The position numbers and the translations under genes were made by a program. A stretch of DNA of 64,000 bases from Holophagae bacterium (GTDB lineage: Bacteria > Acidobacteriota > Holophagae > Acanthopleuribacterales > Acanthopleuribacteraceae), in the NCBI GenBank assembly GCA_029263455.1, contig JAJCXM010000020.1, positions 186,753-250,752 of the forward strand. Direction: 5' to 3'. The notes beneath the pieces were generated by a model that saw only the letters and a program-made list of their open reading frames with translations, was not told the origin of the DNA and did not search any database. Below, in pieces: positions 63,318-64,000 of this stretch (position 1 is its first letter; each line of letters begins with the position of its first letter).

Positions 63318-64000
63318 TTGGGAACCCAACGACTTGAGCAAAAAGATGCCTATTTGACTTCCTGCCAAGCACGCGTCGTTCAAATACGAGAGGAATCGAA
63401 GCAGTTGGCTTTGGACGAAAGTGTCTTTTATCCTGAGTCCGGAGGTCAACTGGGCGACCTTGGACACCTGGTGTTTCAAGACGGGTCCGTTCAGGTGTTC
63501 GATACCCAAATTGAAGAAGGCGTTGTGTGGCATAAGCTGGATCAATTGCCGACCTGGATAGAGAACAAAAAAACTTGCAGGGCGGAAATTGATTGGGCTC
63601 ACCGCCGTGATCAAATGAGTCAACACACAGCGCAGCATATGTTGTCTGCCGGTGTTTTTCAGCTTTTTGGGGGCGAAACCGTATCTGCACGTTTGGGCTC
63701 ACAGTCGTCGACGATCGACCTGGATTTGACCCAACTTAACGACCCGATGCTGGCTGATCTGCAAGCTTCTATCAATCAAGAGGTTATGAACGACCGCAAC
63801 ATTCACATTCACTATCCTAGTCAGCAAGAACTAGCCAAGTTTGAGTTGAGACGGGAAAGTAAAGTTAAAGATGGAATTCGCTTAATTGATATTGAGGGGT
63901 ATGACGTCACGCCCTGCGGCGGCACACATTGCTCTGAGACGGGTGAGGTTGGACCGGTCATTCTGACGGCCACACAAAATACGAAGGGCCTGGTACGTCT
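63318..64000 (+). CDS. AlaX-like alanyl-tRNA editing protein (misacylated tRNA-Ala deacylase), 3' end beyond window
   Basis: Not in the ORF track because it has no in-window stop. My + frame translation from the TTG at 63318 reads 'LGTQRLEQKDAYLTSCQARVVQ...', which matches the AlaX N-terminus. It has the Zn-binding 'HTAQHML' motif and 'CGGTHC'. It continues to 64000 without a stop. Confidence 0.65.
   Translation, partial: MGTQRLEQKDAYLTSCQARVVQIREESKQLALDESVFYPESGGQLGDLGHLVFQDGSVQVFDTQIEEGVVWHKLDQLPTWIENKKTCRAEIDWAHRRDQMSQHTAQHMLSAGVFQLFGGETVSARLGSQSSTIDLDLTQLNDPMLADLQASINQEVMNDRNIHIHYPSQQELAKFELRRESKVKDGIRLIDIEGYDVTPCGGTHCSETGEVGPVILTATQNTKGLVR

Noticed and set aside
1-64000. Search for CRISPR arrays, IS elements, integrases, tRNA/rRNA genes and prophage genes
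   Set aside because: No direct-repeat/spacer arrays, no transposase or integrase-like ORFs, no recognisable tRNA cloverleaf-flanked sites and no rRNA-like stretches were seen by eye. I did not run tRNAscan or an Rfam search, so small RNAs cannot be excluded.

Overview
This is a roughly 64 kb chromosomal segment from a Gram-negative bacterium, about 50% GC and densely coding on both strands. I recognised no rRNA, tRNA, CRISPR array, insertion sequence, integrase or transposase; this looks like native chromosome rather than an obvious mobile island. The gene content suggests a predatory or gliding delta-proteobacteria-like lifestyle (Bdellovibrionota/Myxococcota-type). It includes four eukaryotic-like Ser/Thr kinases, PilT, two single-domain PilZ proteins, an Oar-like TonB-dependent receptor, a PagL-like lipid A deacylase, a lamin-tail-domain nuclease and a LytS/LytTR pair. 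Recognisable housekeeping genes are msrA, upp, gpx, an AlaX-like tRNA-editing protein, a Tag-like glycosylase and a TetR regulator. The window starts inside an LtaS/sulfatase-family gene and ends inside the alaX-like gene. Four regions stand out. The first is a five-gene minus-strand operon (25629-36225): Hsp70-like ATPase, coiled-coil membrane protein, NfeD/YqiJ-like, flotillin, and a 1781-aa protein with one MoxR/midasin-type AAA+ domain. I do not recognise this as a described system. The second is a minus-strand multiheme-cytochrome and Fe-S operon (53643-60698) whose NrfC-like subunit carries two cyclic-nucleotide-binding domains. The third is a 1503-aa secreted nuclease with internal lamin-tail-domain repeats. 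The fourth is a protein of about 258 aa with roughly 15% methionine. All calls come from reading the translations; none was confirmed by a database search.
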